This document shows positions 41,148 through 50,809 of a stretch of 64,000 nt of DNA, piece after piece. Below the pieces are notes generated by a model, which made no database searches, was not told the DNA's origin, and was given only the letters and a program-made list of their open reading frames with translations. The stretch lies in assembly GCA_963701295.1 (NCBI GenBank), contig OY969585.1:3392001-3456000 (forward strand), read 5' to 3'. The position numbers and the translations under genes are program-made. Origin of the DNA: Ignavibacteriota bacterium (GTDB lineage: Bacteria; Bacteroidota; Ignavibacteria; UBA10030). Each line of letters starts with the position of its first letter. Within the stretch, counting starts at the first letter, position 1.

Positions 41148-41795
41148 CTACACCAGCGGATTGTAATACTCGACCGGCGCCTTATTCGGTCGAAGGATCT
41201 GAGTCAGAAGATCTTCAAAATGATCCGGATTGCCGACAAAATCGATGTCTGTAGCTTTCACGATCAACAACGGTGTTGACTTGTAACGAAAGAAGAAATA
41301 ATTATACGCTTCGTTGAGTTCCTTAATATATTCCTCTGACATATTCCTTTCCATCTCCCGCCCACGTTTCCTGATGTTCTCCATCAAGCGATCGACACTC
41401 GACTGAAGATAGATCACAAGATCCGGCGGTGGGATGGCTCTCTCGATCGCGGTCAATAAATTCTCATACAGCTTCAGTTCGTCATCGCGCAGTGTGAGGT
41501 ACGCAAAAATCTTGTCTTTCTCAAAAATGTAATCAGAAACAATGTGTGAGTGAAAAAGATCTGCTTGGAACAATTCCTGCTGCTGTCTGTACCGGCTCAG
41601 AAGAAAGAATATTTGTGTTTGAAAAGCGTAGTGTTCGGGGTCCTCATAAAACCTGGGCAAAAATGGATTCTCTTCAAATTTTTCCAGCACGAAGCGTGCA
41701 CCCAAACGCTCCGACAACATACGTGCAAGTGATGTTTTGCCTGCACCAATAACACCTTCAATGGCAATATAATGAATTTCAGAAGGGAGCTGCAC
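41148..41795 (-). CDS. Deoxynucleoside kinase
   Basis: IAIEGVIGAGKTS, ENPFL..FY, PDLVIYLQ; follows folK. Confidence 0.95.
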   Translation of the reverse strand: MQLPSEIHYIAIEGVIGAGKTSLARMLSERLGARFVLEKFEENPFLPRFYEDPEHYAFQTQIFFLLSRYRQQQELFQADLFHSHIVSDYIFEKDKIFAYLTLRDDELKLYENLLTAIERAIPPPDLVIYLQSSVDRLMENIRKRGREMERNMSEEYIKELNEAYNYFFFRYKSTPLLIVKATDIDFVGNPDHFEDLLTQILRPNKAPVEYYNPLV

Positions 41796-41798
41796 CGC

Positions 41799-42320
41799 TT
41801 ACACCTTTGCCTGAAGATCCATAGGGAGAGAAATCTTACGTACCGTTCTTGTATCCGAGCAGCGCCGTAAAAGCTCCTTCATACTCAGACATTGCATGGG
41901 ATCAAGAAATTCTCCAGCAATTTCTTTCATCGGCACAAGAACAAACCTTCGGTTAGCAATTTCAGGATGAGGTAATTGCAATCTTTCATCGTTGAATACT
42001 TCGCTGCCATAGTAGAGCATGTCCAGATCAATCTCCCTTGGCCCCCAATGTTCAGTGTGTGTTCTGCCTAGAGTATCTTCTATTTCTTTCAGTCTCCATA
42101 ATAAATCTTGTGGAAGCAATGTTGATTCCAACTCGGCTACCATATTGAGAAATTGCGGTTGTTCTTTTTTCCCAACCGGTTCTGTTTCATACACCGAGGA
42201 ATATTTCTTTATAATTATTTGCGGCGACTTTGCTATCTCGCCAAGTGCTTGAAATAAATAGTTCACCCGGTCGCCGAGATTTGAACCCAATCCAATAAAT
42301 ACCTGAACCATCTCTCTCAC
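41799..42320 (-). CDS. folK: HPPK (6-hydroxymethyl-7,8-dihydropterin pyrophosphokinase)
   Basis: IGLGSNLGDR, SSVYETEP, WGPREIDLD, LPHP. Confidence 0.97.
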   Translation of the reverse strand: MREMVQVFIGLGSNLGDRVNYLFQALGEIAKSPQIIIKKYSSVYETEPVGKKEQPQFLNMVAELESTLLPQDLLWRLKEIEDTLGRTHTEHWGPREIDLDMLYYGSEVFNDERLQLPHPEIANRRFVLVPMKEIAGEFLDPMQCLSMKELLRRCSDTRTVRKISLPMDLQAKV

Positions 42321-42707
42321 CTACCTTCGCGTTTCTGTGAGTTCTACTTCAACATGATCGATCACACCCCTCACAGGAGCACCCGGTTTGCGTACTCGTA
42401 TCGTTACGGAGTCTACCTTAGAAAAATTCTTCAGGATCCCTTTCCCGATGGAACTTGCAAGCGATTCGAGGAGTAAGTGCTTCTTATCCAACACCAATGA
42501 GCGTATACAATCGTATACACGTTCATAATTGACTGTATCCTGAAGGTGATCGCTCTTTGCTCCTCGTGCGAGGTCACAATGTAAATCGACATCCACATCG
42601 AATTTGCCACCAAGACTCTGTTCATCCGTCAATACTCCATGATATGCATAAAATACTGCGTTATGAATGCGGATGATACCGAGTTTTTTTTTCTTTTTGG
42701 TCGACAT
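42321..42707 (-). CDS. folB: Dihydroneopterin aldolase
   Basis: FYAYHGVLTDE, SDHLQDTVNY, LLESLA, VRKP. Confidence 0.96.
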   Translation of the reverse strand: MSTKKKKKLGIIRIHNAVFYAYHGVLTDEQSLGGKFDVDVDLHCDLARGAKSDHLQDTVNYERVYDCIRSLVLDKKHLLLESLASSIGKGILKNFSKVDSVTIRVRKPGAPVRGVIDHVEVELTETRR

Positions 42708-42762
42708 ATATAATTCTTTTCAATGATAGAAGAATATAGAGAACCAATACCCGAAAGGCAAT

Positions 42763-44219
42763 TTACTCTGTCTTGAACTTGTTTGCTGCGTAAAGCAGTC
42801 GTCGAATGACGGTTCCTTTTCCAAGTAACTCCATCATCTCGAAAAGACCAGGACCAATCGTTCGCCCGGAAAGCGCCAACCGTGCCGGGTGAATAAGTTT
42901 GTTTGGTTTAATCAAAAGCTCTTCTGATAATTGCCGCAGAGCAGTTTCGATGGATGCATGAGAAACTCATGTAATACTTCAAGACGGTCGGCAAGCAACT
43001 TCAGGCGTTCGCTCGATTCCGGTTCCCAGTTCTTTTTGAAACCTGCTTCATCGAATGATTCCGGATCGGCAAAAAAATACCCGCTCATTTCAATAAAATC
43101 CTGAGGAAAGGTGAGGCGTTCTTTCATCAATCCGATGACCTTGAGAAGATACTGTTCCTCAATGTTTTTCCACTTTTCTTTTTGAATGTACGGCGCGATA
43201 AGCCGTGCAAGCTCTTCATTGGATTTGAGTTTTATGTGCTGCTGATTCAGCCAATTTAATTTATCAACGTTGAACACTGCACCTGATTTACCAACACGCT
43301 CCAGAGAAAATTCCTGAATTAGTTGATCCATAAAAAAGATTTCCCGTTCATCACCCGGATTCCAACCAAGAAATGCGATAAAATTGACAATCGCTTCCTT
43401 CAGATATCCCTTCGCGCGATAATCTTCGACAGCAATATCACCCTGACGTTTGCTCAACTTGGACCTGTCTGGATTGAGCAATAATGGAAGATGAACAAGC
43501 ACCGGCACTTCCCAACCAAAGTATTGATAGAGCAAAATATGTTTCGGAACGCTCGATAACCATTCTTCACCGCGAATAATATGTGTGACTCCCATAAGGT
43601 GATCATCCACTACCATCGCAAGATGATATGTAGGGAATCCATCCGATTTGATAAGCACCTGATCATCCAGCATTTTATGGGCAATGGTTACTCTTCCTCG
43701 TATAACATCTTCAAACGTTATCTCTCCATCTAATGGTACTTTCATGCGGATAACGTAACGTTCACCAGCAGCAACACGATGTTCAGCTTCTGCAAACGAT
43801 AAGTTCCTGCAATAACGATCGTAAGATGGTGATTGCTTCAGCGCTATCTGCTTCTGCCGAACTTCATCTAATCGCTCAGAAGAGCAAAAGCAGTAATATG
43901 CTTTATCGAAGCCGACCAATTCCTTCGCATGTTGACAATACAATTCCAACCGTTGAGATTGGATGTACGGACCAAAGCCGCCATCTCGATCCGGACCTTC
44001 ATCGTATATCACACCGGCCCACTTCAATGTTTCAATCAGATTTTCGATAGCACCTTCAACTTTACGTGCCTGATCGGTATCTTCGATGCGGAGAATAAAT
44101 TTGCCGCCATGATGTTTTGCGAAAAGAAAGTTATAGAGCGCTGTACGCAATCCACCAATATGCAGGTATCCGGTTGGACTCGGGGCAAAGCGAACACGAA
44201 CCTGTTTTCCCATAAACAT
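42763..44219 (-). CDS. gltX: Glutamate--tRNA ligase (1-nt frameshift near 42962, probably an assembly error)
   Basis: RFAPSPTGYLHIGG, KLSKR; adding one T to a T-run restores HPARLALSG..GPGLFEMMELLGK to the stop at 42763. Confidence 0.95.
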
Positions 44220-44329
44220 TCACCTTTTTGATACAAAAAAAGCGTCCCGAAGAATCGAGACGCTTGTCCACCTTTCAGGACTACCTACTGAACGAATTCC
44301 CGATGTTATTTTATCAGGACTCCGCTTAG

Positions 44330-44418
44330 CGGAGAGAGAGGGATTCGAACCCTCGATAGCAGTTACCCACTATGCAGGTTTAGCAAACCTGTGCCTTCAG
44401 CCACTCGGCCATCTCTCC
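44330..44418 (-). tRNA. tRNA-Ser (GCT)
   Basis: GGAGAGATGGCCGAGTGGCTGAAGGCACAGGTTTGCTAAACCTG..GGTTCGAATCCCTCTCTCTCCG. Confidence 0.96.
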
Positions 44419-44483
44419 GAGCTGAATTTCTTGCTTCAATTAAACGAAAAGAACCGCTAAATGCAATGCGATTCTATTGATTG

Positions 44484-44566
44484 CGGAGAGCGAGGGATTC
44501 GAACCCCCAAGGGCTTACGCCCGCCAGTTTTCAAGACTGGTGCAATAGCCGTTCTGCCAGCTCTCC
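44484..44566 (-). tRNA. tRNA-Ser (TGA)
   Basis: GGAGAGCTGGCAGAACGGCTATTGCACCAGTCTTGAAAACTGG..GGTTCGAATCCCTCGCTCTCCG. Confidence 0.95.
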
Positions 44567-44999
44567 ATGCAAATTTCGCCACTTATTTTTCCTACACAAG
44601 ACTTTTGCTAACTTTTTTGTTAGCAAATTAGTTAGCAAATTTTTTAAGTCTTTGTCTACGATTCACTGCTATGGAACAACCCTTCACGCTCATTCGCGCA
44701 TTTTGCGATGCTTTGCAATGCGAAAAGGGCAAATGATAATTTTTTAATTGTGGAAGTTTCGAATGATTTCATTTGCACTCTAAAGATAACCAAGAAAGGA
44801 AGTGAATGCAATAGTTTAGACTCACAGTTTTTCTTACTTCTCCATAGGCAATTCGTATGCAGAAGTCAGGATTGAATTACCACAGTGACATAAATGTCGA
44901 AAAACATTTTCCTCTCTAAAAATAAAAATCCCCCATAGTTTTCACCACGAGGGATATTTCATTTTGCCAAGTCTCTTAAGCTGCAAGTGGCAATGGCAA

Positions 45000-45680
45000 A
45001 GCATAGATGCCATGCAAAACAACAACCATCTGTCCAATGTCCGGTTGGACCGCCTTTGCTATCAGCCTATCTGCCGTTCGTGCGGAAATATTCGGACACC
45101 GTTTAATAAGCTGTTTCCGTGTTAATTGTTTATCACTGCCAAACACTGTAGGCCAATCGATTTTTTGTTCTGCAGTTTCTTGGCCGGAGGATTGATCCTG
45201 TCAGGCGATGTGCGCCGATTCATCTGCTTCCCCTAAGTCGTTAAACCAGAGTGTGGATGGATTTAATTCTAATAATCGAGCTGCCCGCATCTTATCATCC
45301 CCGTGTCGGAGTTTTGTGGGTTTCAGCAATCGTTTACTTTCATCGGTTGAGGATCGACGAAACATCAGCACAGTATCCGTTGCACCAGCGAAGACGCTTG
45401 AACCGCGCATATTATCATTATGCATAGTCTCGTATCGCACTCCTTTTTTAGTGTGGTGAACGACAAGCACTGCAACCTTATAAGCGTCACGTATTTCTAC
45501 CAACTGCCGCATCAGCTCTTTCATCTCAAAACTGTCGTTCTCCTTTTTATCGTGCGACCAATACAAGCAATCAAGCACTATAAGAACAGACTGATGCACC
45601 TCTATTAACTTCTGTAGTGTCACTAGAATCGCAGAGTCACTTGGTTTTAATGTTAGCTTTGGTGGGAAAGACAAAGTATT
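45000..45680 (-). pseudogene. AAA_25/RepA-like helicase C-terminal remnant
   Basis: LIVLD (Walker B), VLVVHHTKK, MRGSS..GATDTVL typical of RecA-like MGE helicases; Walker A half absent. Confidence 0.75.
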
Positions 45681-45850
45681 CATCGAGCGACGGAACAAAT
45701 CAGAAAGTGCTGCACTAACCGAACGACAGAAGGAGAAAATACTCCGGGAAGTCACAGATGCACTGCGGAAAGCGTTGGCCGAGCTCTGACGTTTTGCCAT
45801 TTCGTCAAAAGCACTATAGAGTGTTTAACAAGATGGCAAGATGCGACTTT

Positions 45851-46510
45851 TTAAAAATCATTCAAGTCAAACGGTTTTCCATGCCCCGGATAAAATCTCC
45901 TGATTTTTAGAATTTTTATTAATTCAAAGCTTTTATTTATTTCCTGCAAGTCGTCGATGAATGCCGAAAGTTCGACTGTTCCCTTCTTTGTTAATCCTAT
46001 TGTATCTCCACTAAACAAATCACCGTCGCTTGTCAAGATGGCAATCGAACCTTTCGTATGTCCTGGAGTGTGGATGACCTTTGCATCAAAGCTGTAGTCA
46101 TTTAACCTTTGACCGTCTGTCAGTACTATATCCGGTTTGAATGTCTCGAACTTAGATTTTCTATTCCGTAATCTCGACAAAACTCCGATGATCTTGCCAG
46201 AGAATGTCCTTATTTGACGTTTGAGCCGTATGCCGTTTGCAACCATAGAGGAATCAGCCGGGTGCATTGCAATTTTCACTTTATATTTCTTTTGAAGTGC
46301 GGCACAATTTCCGGTATGATCAAAATCCCCATGAGTGATGACCACGAGTTTAAGCTTGCCCGGTAAACAGCCCTCCGCCAACAATTTCCTTTCGAGCTGC
46401 AGCCACGAAGCATTCAATCCCGTATCGATAAGAATATAGCCGTCCTCGAGCTTCACCAAATATGAATTCACAAAGCCAAGCTGCACAAGTTCAATATTTT
46501 TAATTTCCAT
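45851..46510 (-). CDS. MBL-fold metallo-hydrolase
   Basis: LIDTG, THGDFDHTG, HTPGHTKGS, FSGD, YPGHG. Confidence 0.93.
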   Translation of the reverse strand: MEIKNIELVQLGFVNSYLVKLEDGYILIDTGLNASWLQLERKLLAEGCLPGKLKLVVITHGDFDHTGNCAALQKKYKVKIAMHPADSSMVANGIRLKRQIRTFSGKIIGVLSRLRNRKSKFETFKPDIVLTDGQRLNDYSFDAKVIHTPGHTKGSIAILTSDGDLFSGDTIGLTKKGTVELSAFIDDLQEINKSFELIKILKIRRFYPGHGKPFDLNDF

Positions 46511-46796
46511 CTAGCACCCTTCTAGTATTTTCTTTCGTGAAATAGTTTATTTCCCTTGTTCAAAAAATTCGTTCAATAACCTAAATATTTCTCTGTCTCT
46601 TCGATATAGGGACAATGCCCGCTTTTCATTATTGCCATTACATAATTTTATCTAAGAATACTTCCCCTATTTTGTTTTCTTTCATCTCCTACACTTCTTA
46701 AAAAAATATGTTCCATTTTTTGAATTCTCTTTGGAATGTGCGTGAACTGGAGACAATTTACGTTGATAATGTAACGATTGATGATAGAAAATCAAA

Positions 46797-46970
46797 TTTG
46801 TAGTGATGGCTTGGAATAAAGTTTGATTTGCACTGCTGACTTCGAGCTAACTTTCAATTTGGTAAGCCGAGTCGCAATAAAAATTCATTTTGCACGTCCG
46901 ACTTCGACATAATTTTCGATTTGTACATCTGAGTCCGCATAAATTTTCATTTTGGCAAGCTCAATCGAGG
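46797..46970. repeat. Degenerate ~31-bp tandem repeat (5-6 units)
   Basis: tttg at 46827, 46858, 46889, 46920, 46951; unit resembles ataa.tttc.atttg.a..c.gacttcg. Confidence 0.65.
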
Positions 46971-47202
46971 ATCCAAATCGTTCAACTATCATAAAACAAT
47001 GAACTTGCAGAGTGACTGTTTTTGTTATCCTTTTGTCACTATCTTCGCAGGCTTTTGCCATCGTTTGTCATCCCTTTGCGATCTCTTAACGATCGTTTCC
47101 AATCCTTTTGCCATACCGTCACGACCCTTAAAGTATCTGGCGAGATGGCAAGATCACCTATGGTCTATATGCGTGATGTGTCCCACTATCATTTTGAATA
47201 TG

Positions 47203-47676
47203 TCAGCTTGAGCGCCTGGTAAGGCCGCTGACATCAATGATCTTATCAAATACTTCTTGAGTTTTCTTTGATTGAAAGCCAACCTGTTTATAAAACATTC
47301 TTGTTTTTTCTCGTAAGATATTTGTACGAACACGAAGATGATAACACTTTTTCTCACGTGCCCAATTTTCGGCAATTGTGATAAGTCGTCTACCAATTCC
47401 TGATCCGCGAGATGATTCCGCTACAACAAGTCCGCATATTTCTACAAAAGCATTACTTTCTAATGTCTGAATAAGGGCAATGTGAATCCAACCGACGATA
47501 GAATCAAGTTCCGCAACATAAATTCCATTGTCGGATGCAGAGGATACTTTGTAAAAGCGATTTTCCATCTCTTCCGTTGTTGTTGGATAGCCGAGTTCTC
47601 CAGAAAGTTTTGCAAGAGCGACAACATCTCTTTTCTTTGCTTCACGAATAATTAGATCTTTATTCATTTGTATCAA
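47203..47676 (-). CDS. GNAT acetyltransferase (cassette); reads through a mutated attC stop
   Basis: LVVAESSRGSGIGRRL, FYKQVGF; C-terminal GLTRRSS derives from attC GCCTTACC. Confidence 0.92.
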   Translation of the reverse strand: MIQMNKDLIIREAKKRDVVALAKLSGELGYPTTTEEMENRFYKVSSASDNGIYVAELDSIVGWIHIALIQTLESNAFVEICGLVVAESSRGSGIGRRLITIAENWAREKKCYHLRVRTNILREKTRMFYKQVGFQSKKTQEVFDKIIDVSGLTRRSS

Positions 47677-47689
47677 ATATTTTGTTGCG

Positions 47690-47845
47690 GCCTAACGGAC
47701 CGGTGCTAAGCTGCGGCGCTGATAATTATCAATGTACACAAAACGAAACAAGTTCATTCACTTTACTTTAAAATCTGCACTGAACCTATGAGCGCAATGA
47801 CTTTTGCACTCCGCTCATTCCGTCAGCTTGAGCGCCTGGTTAGGC
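47690..47845 (-). repeat. attC site (156 bp)
   Basis: gcctaacggaccggtgctaagctgcggc ... gtcagcttgagcgcctggttaggc. Confidence 0.92.
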
Positions 47846-47893
47846 GCGATGTATTTTATAAGATGATAGCGTACAGTAACATAATTAACAAAT

Positions 47894-49060
47894 TTACTTT
47901 CCTTTCTTCTCCGTAACAGCAAACGGAAGAGGATCGTAGAGGGCACGACATAGTCCTTCCGTATAGTTCCCCTTGACTGCAAGATAAGAAGATACATTCG
48001 TCAGGAGAACTACACCGACATGCGTATTCCGCTCAAAAATTACTCCAGATGTATAGCCTGGGGTGGCTCCGAACGCTCCTTGATGATTTTTGCCGCGCTC
48101 ACTGTAGGGCGCCCAACCAAGCGCTCCCGAAAAGTGCTCGTTGAATTGTTTTGTTGGTTTCTGGGCGAGGTAGAAATAAGTCGTATCAGTTATGTTCGCT
48201 TTGAGATATTTCACAAGATCTTTGGCCGAGGATTTTATTCCGCCGCAGCCGGTAAGCGCACCACAATCACCATTTCCAAAAGGGAGCAAATCGCCGTTTG
48301 GATGTCTTCCCTGAACCATTCGATGTATGCGCTCTAGTGTAAGGTCAACAAATGTGTTCTTCATTCTCAAAGGTTTACACACCATTTCAAATAATATTTC
48401 TTCGTACGATTTTTTAAATACTAATGTCAGAATGTGGCCTAACAGACCACCGCCGAGATTGGAGTATGTACGCTTTTCTCCTGGCGTAGATTGTAACACC
48501 AGTTGATGTGACAGGTAATCATAGAGTCGTTCTATACTATAGTCTTTATATGGAGCATATGGATCAAAGGGATGTTTGTCATCATTCTTTACATTGATTG
48601 GCTCAAATGGCAGACCTGATGTATGTTCGGCAAGTTGAACGAGTGTTATCTCCTTCCCATTAAGGGCAGATTGATTCAAAGTGATAGGAAGATAATTCTT
48701 TATAGGATCGTTGAGGTGAACCTTCTTGTCATACACGAGCTTAGCAAGCATGGTACCAGTAAATGTCTTAGTAATGGATCCTATTTCAAAAACGCTGTCG
48801 CTGTTCTCGACGTACACTAGGGAATCGTTGCGACGCTCAATGCCAACATACTTTTCTGAATCTCCTTTGATGATACAAATAGATAGTTGCGTTCCGTTGG
48901 GGAAATACTGAGCGCGGTCATAAACGGCCTGTGCTTGCAACGAATCTAACGAATTAGGATTACTTGTAATTGGTAACTTCGCCAGTTCTCTTGCCTTAAA
49001 AGGTGAACAGGATGTAATTACCAAAATTAGAATTATGGATAAAGTTCTAATAAGACTCAT
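47894..49060 (-). CDS. Serine hydrolase lipoprotein of the beta-lactamase-related family (cassette)
   Basis: FEIGSITK (SxxK), HTSGL, YSN; lipobox ITSC. Confidence 0.9.
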   Translation of the reverse strand: MSLIRTLSIILILVITSCSPFKARELAKLPITSNPNSLDSLQAQAVYDRAQYFPNGTQLSICIIKGDSEKYVGIERRNDSLVYVENSDSVFEIGSITKTFTGTMLAKLVYDKKVHLNDPIKNYLPITLNQSALNGKEITLVQLAEHTSGLPFEPINVKNDDKHPFDPYAPYKDYSIERLYDYLSHQLVLQSTPGEKRTYSNLGGGLLGHILTLVFKKSYEEILFEMVCKPLRMKNTFVDLTLERIHRMVQGRHPNGDLLPFGNGDCGALTGCGGIKSSAKDLVKYLKANITDTTYFYLAQKPTKQFNEHFSGALGWAPYSERGKNHQGAFGATPGYTSGVIFERNTHVGVVLLTNVSSYLAVKGNYTEGLCRALYDPLPFAVTEKKGK

Positions 49061-49112
49061 ATTTCAATATTCTCTAATCTCAGTGGACATCAAAATTGCA
49101 TTGGCACAGCGC

Positions 49113-49307
49113 GCCTAACGGTACGGCGCTAAGCTGCGGCGCTGATAATTATCAATGTACACAAAACGAAACAAGTTCATGCTGAGAACCAAATTAATAA
49201 ATATAAAAGTTATAGGTACTAAAAACTGAATAATAAAAACGAAAATCCACCACAAGCCATGCTATTTGCAGTGAGCTCATTCCGCCAGCTTGAGCGCCTG
49301 GTTAGGC
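49113..49307 (-). repeat. attC site (195 bp)
   Basis: gcctaacggtacggcgctaagctgcggc ... ccagcttgagcgcctggttaggc. Confidence 0.92.
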
Positions 49308-49397
49308 GGCAATATTAATAATAAAAAAACAGATTAAATTTCATGCCAACAAAGTTAGCGCGCCGCCTTAATTCGCTTTTTTACGGCAAATTATTCT

Positions 49398-49766
49398 CTA
49401 TTTCTTTAGATATCCAAAGCCGATTGTAATAATAGGAATACTTAAATATTTAATTCCAATCTGGCTCATATATAAGGATAATGGCATCTGCATCGGGCTT
49501 TTGGGTAGAAATAATATCAAGTCAATAACTAAATTAATTATAAGCCAAAGCAATCCCAATAAAACTCCTTCGCGAACAAAGTTTGATTCTACTTTTTTGA
49601 AGTAACGAGTCGCAAACCACACCACCGTAAAGACAATCACAACTGCCATCAAAGATTCAAACAAATAGTAATTGTAATCCTTCAATGGAAAAATAACAAA
49701 TGAAACGGCAAACGGTAGTAGCCAATCGAAGAACCCAAGCAATAAAGCTGATTTAATAGATTTCAT
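49398..49766 (-). CDS. Four-TM hypothetical protein (cassette)
   Basis: Hydrophobic 122-aa ORF with GGAG SD, bounded by attC sites. Confidence 0.85.
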   Translation of the reverse strand: MKSIKSALLLGFFDWLLPFAVSFVIFPLKDYNYYLFESLMAVVIVFTVVWFATRYFKKVESNFVREGVLLGLLWLIINLVIDLILFLPKSPMQMPLSLYMSQIGIKYLSIPIITIGFGYLKK

Positions 49767-49852
49767 AATTACTCCAAATTATTAAATATTTTCTTTAAGA
49801 TAATTATAGATTTCCCTTCAACGTCAGCAAATTCACTAAATGAAAGATTGCC

Positions 49853-50041
49853 GGCTAACGGATGGCAACTAAGCTGCGGCAACGACAATCCGCAAGTTGC
49901 TGAAAACGAACCAAGTTCATTCTGAAAAATTTATTATTAAACATTCGAACCTCTATGCGCCATGCATAACGTACCCATTTACCCGCCATGCTTTATCTTT
50001 GGGCGGGCGCTCATCCCGTCAGCTTGAGCGCCTGGTTAGGG
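49853..50041 (-). repeat. attC site (189 bp)
   Basis: ggctaacggatggcaactaagctgcggc ... gtcagcttgagcgcctggttaggg. Confidence 0.92.
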
Positions 50042-50089
50042 CGCAAGCGGACTTTTAACAGAACACCAATCGATTGCATATATTGTGAT

Positions 50090-50596
50090 TCAATCATCAA
50101 AAGCCTTAAGAAGAATCTTTTGTTTCACACTCAAGATTTTTTCAGACCTGAGGTCATAGATCTCGTAATGACCAGATGAAGTGCCGATAATTCCACCAAT
50201 GAGAAAACCGCCTGTACCTCCAAGAATCCCTCCACCTAAAGCAACAGGCCCAGGACCAAGATCGATTGCAAAGGGTTTTGGCTCTGGTTTGTGGTAGGAT
50301 TCAAAACCGATGAATGCACCTATTGCTGCACCGAACAAAAATCCTTTCCCAGCCCCATTCCAGAAAGATCCTTCCTTGAAACGTGTTAATACTGCAATAG
50401 AGTCAATAGGAATGGATATTGTTCTACAAATACATGTGGCAAAGAGAACCATATCTGGAAGGGAATCAAGCTTGCAAACACTTATTGTATCACCCGAGAA
50501 GCAGATCAACTTCCAAGCATTCTCTTGAGCCGATGAGAGTGAAACGGAAATACAAAGGATTATTATAATCACTAAGAGTGTTTTAGTTGTTTGCAT
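50090..50596 (-). CDS. Secreted glycine-zipper hypothetical protein (cassette)
   Basis: Signal peptide, GAAIGAFIG..GGFLIGGIIG; bounded by attC sites. Confidence 0.82.
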   Translation of the reverse strand: MQTTKTLLVIIIILCISVSLSSAQENAWKLICFSGDTISVCKLDSLPDMVLFATCICRTISIPIDSIAVLTRFKEGSFWNGAGKGFLFGAAIGAFIGFESYHKPEPKPFAIDLGPGPVALGGGILGGTGGFLIGGIIGTSSGHYEIYDLRSEKILSVKQKILLKAFDD

Positions 50597-50612
50597 AAAA
50601 CCTCTCTTTGTG

Positions 50613-50801
50613 CCCTAACGGACCGGCGCTAAGCTGCCGCACTGATAACTTTCAAATTGTACTAAACGAAACAAGTTCATGCTGAAAAATCTATTATTAA
50701 GAACCGAAACCTCTACGCGCAATGCTAAACGTACGCATTTACCCGTCATGCTTTATCTTTGGGCGGGCGCTCATTCCGTCAGCTTGAGCGCCTGGTTATG
50801 T
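50613..50801 (-). repeat. attC site (189 bp)
   Basis: ccctaacggaccggcgctaagctgccgc ... gtcagcttgagcgcctggttatgt. Confidence 0.92.
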
Positions 50802-50809
50802 TGCAATTG

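Noticed and set aside
45851-49060. Bona fide antibiotic resistance genes (MBL and serine beta-lactamase)
   Set aside because: Motifs support only fold-level assignment (THGDFDH; SxxK/YxN without a clear KTG); resistance cannot be inferred.
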